Assembly (NCBI GenBank): GCA_016840085.1
Contig: JAEOTA010000018.1
Span: 64,001-128,000, forward strand
Length of the DNA: 64,000 nucleotides
Reading direction: 5' to 3'
From: Promethearchaeota archaeon
GTDB lineage: Archaea > Asgardarchaeota > Lokiarchaeia > Sigyniarchaeales > SOKP01
Positions 60,423 through 64,000 of the stretch are shown piece by piece; position 1 is the stretch's first letter, and the number at the start of each line of letters is the position of its first letter. Both the position numbers and the translations under genes were made by a program. The notes beneath the pieces were generated by a model, which saw only the letters and a program-made list of their open reading frames with translations, was not told the origin of the DNA and did not search any database.

Positions 60423-60912
60423 GGCGGACGTCCCTAAAAATTTAGTTAAGTATTTGTTATTTTATCTAGATAAGTATTTGAATATTTAATTGATTTAACA
60501 ACAAAAATCAATAATTCCTTTTAAGTTATTTCTTTTAATAAAAAAAAATCAAATTTTTAATAAGAAGTAGAAATCTTAAAACAATGGATTATTACGATGT
60601 TATATGTTATAATTCATTTAATGAAGGATATTCAATTTAAGGTAAAAATTATCTATAGTTATCAATTTATCTCCCATCTTTTTATCATTTTCATTTAATT
60701 ATAAGTAACAGGTAGAAATTGAAGAAAAGTCGTTGAATTTCTTCAAGCGACTTTAATATTGTATTATATGTAAGAATAATAGAATAATGAGTTATTTATG
60801 TTTTTGAAATTCAGCTTTCTTGGAGGTTTCGTTAGATTTACAATTTTTTTGAACCATCAACTTATTAGCTTAATTAATAAAATTTTTTTGATATAAATAA
60901 TATCTCCTATTT

Positions 60913-61089
60913 ATGGACCCAGTAGAAGAAAAAATGATAATTATAGATATTTTGAAAAAGCGAAGATTATCTTATTCGATTGAAATTTTAGATGTGCAAG
61001 GAGATAGATATACTGTTCGTAATAATTTTGGATCAACTATAGTATATATAAAGAAAAATAACGATTATTTCTTAGAATCAGAATTTTAA
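60913..61089 (+). CDS. Small hypothetical protein (58 aa, below the track cut-off)
   Basis: MDPVEEKMIIIDILKKRRLSYSIEILDVQGDRYTVRNNFGSTIVYIKKNNDYFLESEF; ATG start, protein-like composition. Confidence 0.6.
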   Translation: MDPVEEKMIIIDILKKRRLSYSIEILDVQGDRYTVRNNFGSTIVYIKKNNDYFLESEF

Positions 61090-61288
61090 TGAAAAATTAC
61101 TAATTTTTCAGTGTTTTAATAGATATATTAAACGAAATAGAAAAAGAAATTAATTCTTTTAAGATTTTATTTTTTCAAACTAATATAATAAAGGTATTAA
61201 TATTTATTATTAGATAAGAATTTAAGATAAAAATATTATAAATAAATTAACTAATAGTAAAATTATAAAAATAATTAGTTGATTTAAT

Positions 61289-62422
61289 ATTCGACGTAGA
61301 AGAGTAGGTTCAGAAAATACTGAAAGTAAGTTCATTGAAAAGTTTAGAGCAGTTATTGATGACCATACATCTCTTTCGATATATAATAAAAAAAAAAGAT
61401 CTGTTTGTGTTATTCGAAAAGATTTAGCCAAATCTTATGAAATTGAAGTAGATGCTTCTGAAGCTCCTGTGTTGAATAAAATATTAAGTGATCCAGAACC
61501 ATATGAGATTTCTATTGCTGATTTGAAAATCTTAGAGGAAGAAATATTCCCTATAAATGAAGCTTTACAGAAAGTGTTTGGATCAGAAAAAGACCTGAAA
61601 TTAAATGCGATAAAATTAGCTATTGGGAGTACTTATACAGATTATGTTACCATTGGAGAGAATGATTTAATTAGATTCGATGTTAAGCCTACCCTTAATG
61701 GGTTAAATGAATTTATTAAAGAAAATAAAGAGAGTATTTTAGGATTTTTAGATTGTGAGTATATTAGCGAAGAGGGTAATGTTATATATTTGAATTGTAG
61801 CAAAAAAAATGTGTCTGAAAATATCTACTCAATAAAGTTATTAATTCTGGCATCTATGCAACAAAGAGGATTTTTCCTTCAACAAGAGCATAAATATTAT
61901 GGGCTCCAACTCTATATTATAATTGAATCTAGAAAGCCTAATGAAAATAAATTGTTGGAATTTTTAAAAGAACTTAATATTGATTGGGAAGTTATATTTT
62001 TCAGAAGAAAACTAGCGATCCATGATTGGACAGAGATAGAGTGTGAAAGAAATAGTGAAAATCTAAAAAGTTTTCTCCGTGGAAAATATGATACATTAAA
62101 TTATTTTGACGTAAACAATATAATTCGTCTAATAGTGAAGAACCAATTACCTTTTAAAGTAGCTGATAAAATGGCATCTCTTTTATATAAAATGAAAAGT
62201 GAAAGAGCAAGTCGCTTTCATGATAGAAAATATAATGAAATCGCTTATCAGGATGATCAGTTACAACAAGATGAATATTCAGTAACACTAAAAAAAGCAG
62301 AAGTTGCCGCAGCTGCTAAACTCGCATGTGCTTATTTAGGAATACATAATAAAATTAATTTTGATAGAGATATTTCTATAGATGAAATTCTAAAATATCA
62401 AGAAGAATTATCAAATATCTAG
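61289..62422 (+). CDS. Hypothetical protein, probable ATT start at 61289
   Basis: Frame is open 60 codons upstream of the track start (61469), back to TGA-TTT-AAT-ATT. Confidence 0.6.
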   Translation: MRRRRVGSENTESKFIEKFRAVIDDHTSLSIYNKKKRSVCVIRKDLAKSYEIEVDASEAPVLNKILSDPEPYEISIADLKILEEEIFPINEALQKVFGSEKDLKLNAIKLAIGSTYTDYVTIGENDLIRFDVKPTLNGLNEFIKENKESILGFLDCEYISEEGNVIYLNCSKKNVSENIYSIKLLILASMQQRGFFLQQEHKYYGLQLYIIIESRKPNENKLLEFLKELNIDWEVIFFRRKLAIHDWTEIECERNSENLKSFLRGKYDTLNYFDVNNIIRLIVKNQLPFKVADKMASLLYKMKSERASRFHDRKYNEIAYQDDQLQQDEYSVTLKKAEVAAAAKLACAYLGIHNKINFDRDISIDEILKYQEELSNI

Positions 62423-62490
62423 ATATTTCTATTATATTAATATAAAAAAATAAATTTATAAAAAATATCCCAATTTTAATCTTGTTTTTT

Positions 62491-63486
62491 TTAAATTAAT
62501 CCATAGGATTGTTTTAATAATTCATGATTTGCATTCCCTACTGTTATACTTTTACCTGTCTTAATATTTGTGATCGTATAGATTGCTGGTGCAAATAATC
62601 CTGGATCAATATCATAGAAATTATAATCTGCTGCTTTAAATGTGTCAATGAAAGGTTTTCCATAACTAGAAGAAGTGTTTGCTGGTGCCTTATTAACGAT
62701 TTCAAATAATTCTGCTTCTTTTTCTTTCTCGACATTTATTGTATAATAAGTTATTCCCCCAGCAATTATTGAGTCATTAGTACGTCCCATAGCACCAAGA
62801 TCATCTTTAGCAATTGGTGCAATAGTAGTTGTTCCAAAACCATCATGGATTACTTCAATTGGAAAATTGATTTCATGTAATTTATGAATACCTGTTTCAA
62901 CAATTCTTGCAGCTACTTGGATTGATCCTATAAGACAGGCAGTTGGAGCACAAATTGCGTATGTATTCTTCACTTCTATTCCACATTTATTTGCTACAAT
63001 TTCCATAACTTCTTCATTCGGTAATCTTGGAGTCTCAAAAACGATGATTGCACAATCGGAATTATCTGTATAATTAATTTCTTCAAATAATTTTTCAACT
63101 TTACTTTTAGCTCGAGCTGGTCCTGAACCCAGTGATTGAAAAATAACTTTCTTCTTTTTTACTCCCTCTTTTTCTACTTCTTTTTTTAATTTAATATTCC
63201 AACCAGCTAATTGAGAAGCCATGCAAGCAATTATGGGATCTGAAGTATAAACATTAACACTTGGTATAATTTGTCCATCTAAGTCGTAATATGAAAAATC
63301 TACGGTACCTAAACCCCCCATACAAATTTCTCCAACTAATTTACCTCCTAACCAAGAAGAATTTGACATGTCTAGAATTATGGCATCATTATCTAATTTG
63401 TGAATTTCAGCCTTATAGATTTCGTTATGATCTATTATTTTATCAACGATATTCCTTGCAAGTTCATTTATTTTTATATGATGCAC
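62491..63486 (-). CDS. mch: Methenyl-H4MPT cyclohydrolase
   Basis: ICMGGLG, ACMASQLAGW, LGSGPARA, APTA.L.GSIQVAARIVETGIHKL, AMGRTND, YGKPF, FY.IDPGLFAPA. Confidence 0.95.
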   Translation of the reverse strand: MHHIKINELARNIVDKIIDHNEIYKAEIHKLDNDAIILDMSNSSWLGGKLVGEICMGGLGTVDFSYYDLDGQIIPSVNVYTSDPIIACMASQLAGWNIKLKKEVEKEGVKKKKVIFQSLGSGPARAKSKVEKLFEEINYTDNSDCAIIVFETPRLPNEEVMEIVANKCGIEVKNTYAICAPTACLIGSIQVAARIVETGIHKLHEINFPIEVIHDGFGTTTIAPIAKDDLGAMGRTNDSIIAGGITYYTINVEKEKEAELFEIVNKAPANTSSSYGKPFIDTFKAADYNFYDIDPGLFAPAIYTITNIKTGKSITVGNANHELLKQSYGLI

Positions 63487-63599
63487 TTATTTTCACCTTA
63501 TTAAAATTTCTTTTTTTAATTGAGTATTTAATATTAATTTGATATATAATTATAATATATTTTTAATTTTGAATATATGATAATCAAACTCTCTATAAT

Positions 63600-64000
63600 A
63601 TGAAAAACGCCGAAGAAAAATTAAGTAAGCTAAATAAAGATCTTGCGAAAGCTAAAACTTTTTTCTTAGATAATATAAAAGATATAGATTCTCCAATTCA
63701 TATTTATACTCATTTAGATGCTGATGGTTTAAGTTCAGGAGCTATCCTTGGAAAAGCTCTGTATCGAGAAAGATTACCATTTCAAATTACTGTGCTTAGA
63801 CAATTAGAAAAAAGCGAAATTCAGAGTCTTTCTAATAAAATTAAAGATAATAATGGTTTTCTTTTCTTTTGCGACCTTGGAAGTGGGCAATATTTAGAAT
63901 TACAAAAAAACTTAATAATTAATAAAAAATTCACTTCCTTTTTAATTCTGGACCATCATCTTCCTCAAGATATATCTAATAAAGAAGAAATTGATTCAAT
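63600..64000 (+). CDS. DHH-family phosphoesterase (RecJ/GAN/Cdc45-like), 3'-truncated
   Basis: Manual translation shows THLDADG, CDLGSG and ILDHH. Confidence 0.85.
   Translation, partial: MKNAEEKLSKLNKDLAKAKTFFLDNIKDIDSPIHIYTHLDADGLSSGAILGKALYRERLPFQITVLRQLEKSEIQSLSNKIKDNNGFLFFCDLGSGQYLELQKNLIINKKFTSFLILDHHLPQDISNKEEIDS

Noticed and set aside
2172-63542. Numerous 60-125 aa ORFs antisense to or nested in long genes (e.g. 2172, 3670, 12114, 22060, 29841, 37849, 43916, 56719)
   Set aside because: They overlap well-supported genes and show no motifs; treated as shadow ORFs.

Overview
AT-rich, gene-dense archaeal chromosome segment. Gene content points to an Asgard archaeon, most likely Lokiarchaeia: archaeal histone, Rpo4, eL21, eL33, Pus10, DHQ synthase II and Mch sit alongside eukaryotic-signature proteins (three Rab-like small GTPases, Snf7/ESCRT-III, a steadiness-box-like protein, a Sec23/24-type Zn-finger+vWA protein, a roadblock protein, a presenilin-type protease and a HEAT/LRR protein). 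I saw no rRNA, tRNA, CRISPR array or transposase. Main signals not shown by the ORF track: (1) a peroxiredoxin-like selenoprotein with an in-frame TGA in a W-U-x-x-C motif (13707-13709) and a eukaryote-type SECIS hairpin directly after its stop codon, plus an apparent 1-nt frameshift near its 5' end; (2) at least five genes, including rpl21e, xpd and gcvPB, that appear to start at ATA/ATT behind an SD-like motif at near-constant spacing, one with an ATAA start/stop overlap; (3) a Zn-finger/PH-GRAM-like/Q-N-rich/steadiness-box protein one gene away from an Snf7 carrying both MIM2- and MIM1-like motifs; (4) a nucleoside/nucleotide kinase ending in a PIP-box; (5) a catalytically degenerate CPBP protease homolog; (6) several candidate structured non-coding elements. 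All calls come from motif recognition by eye; no searches were run.
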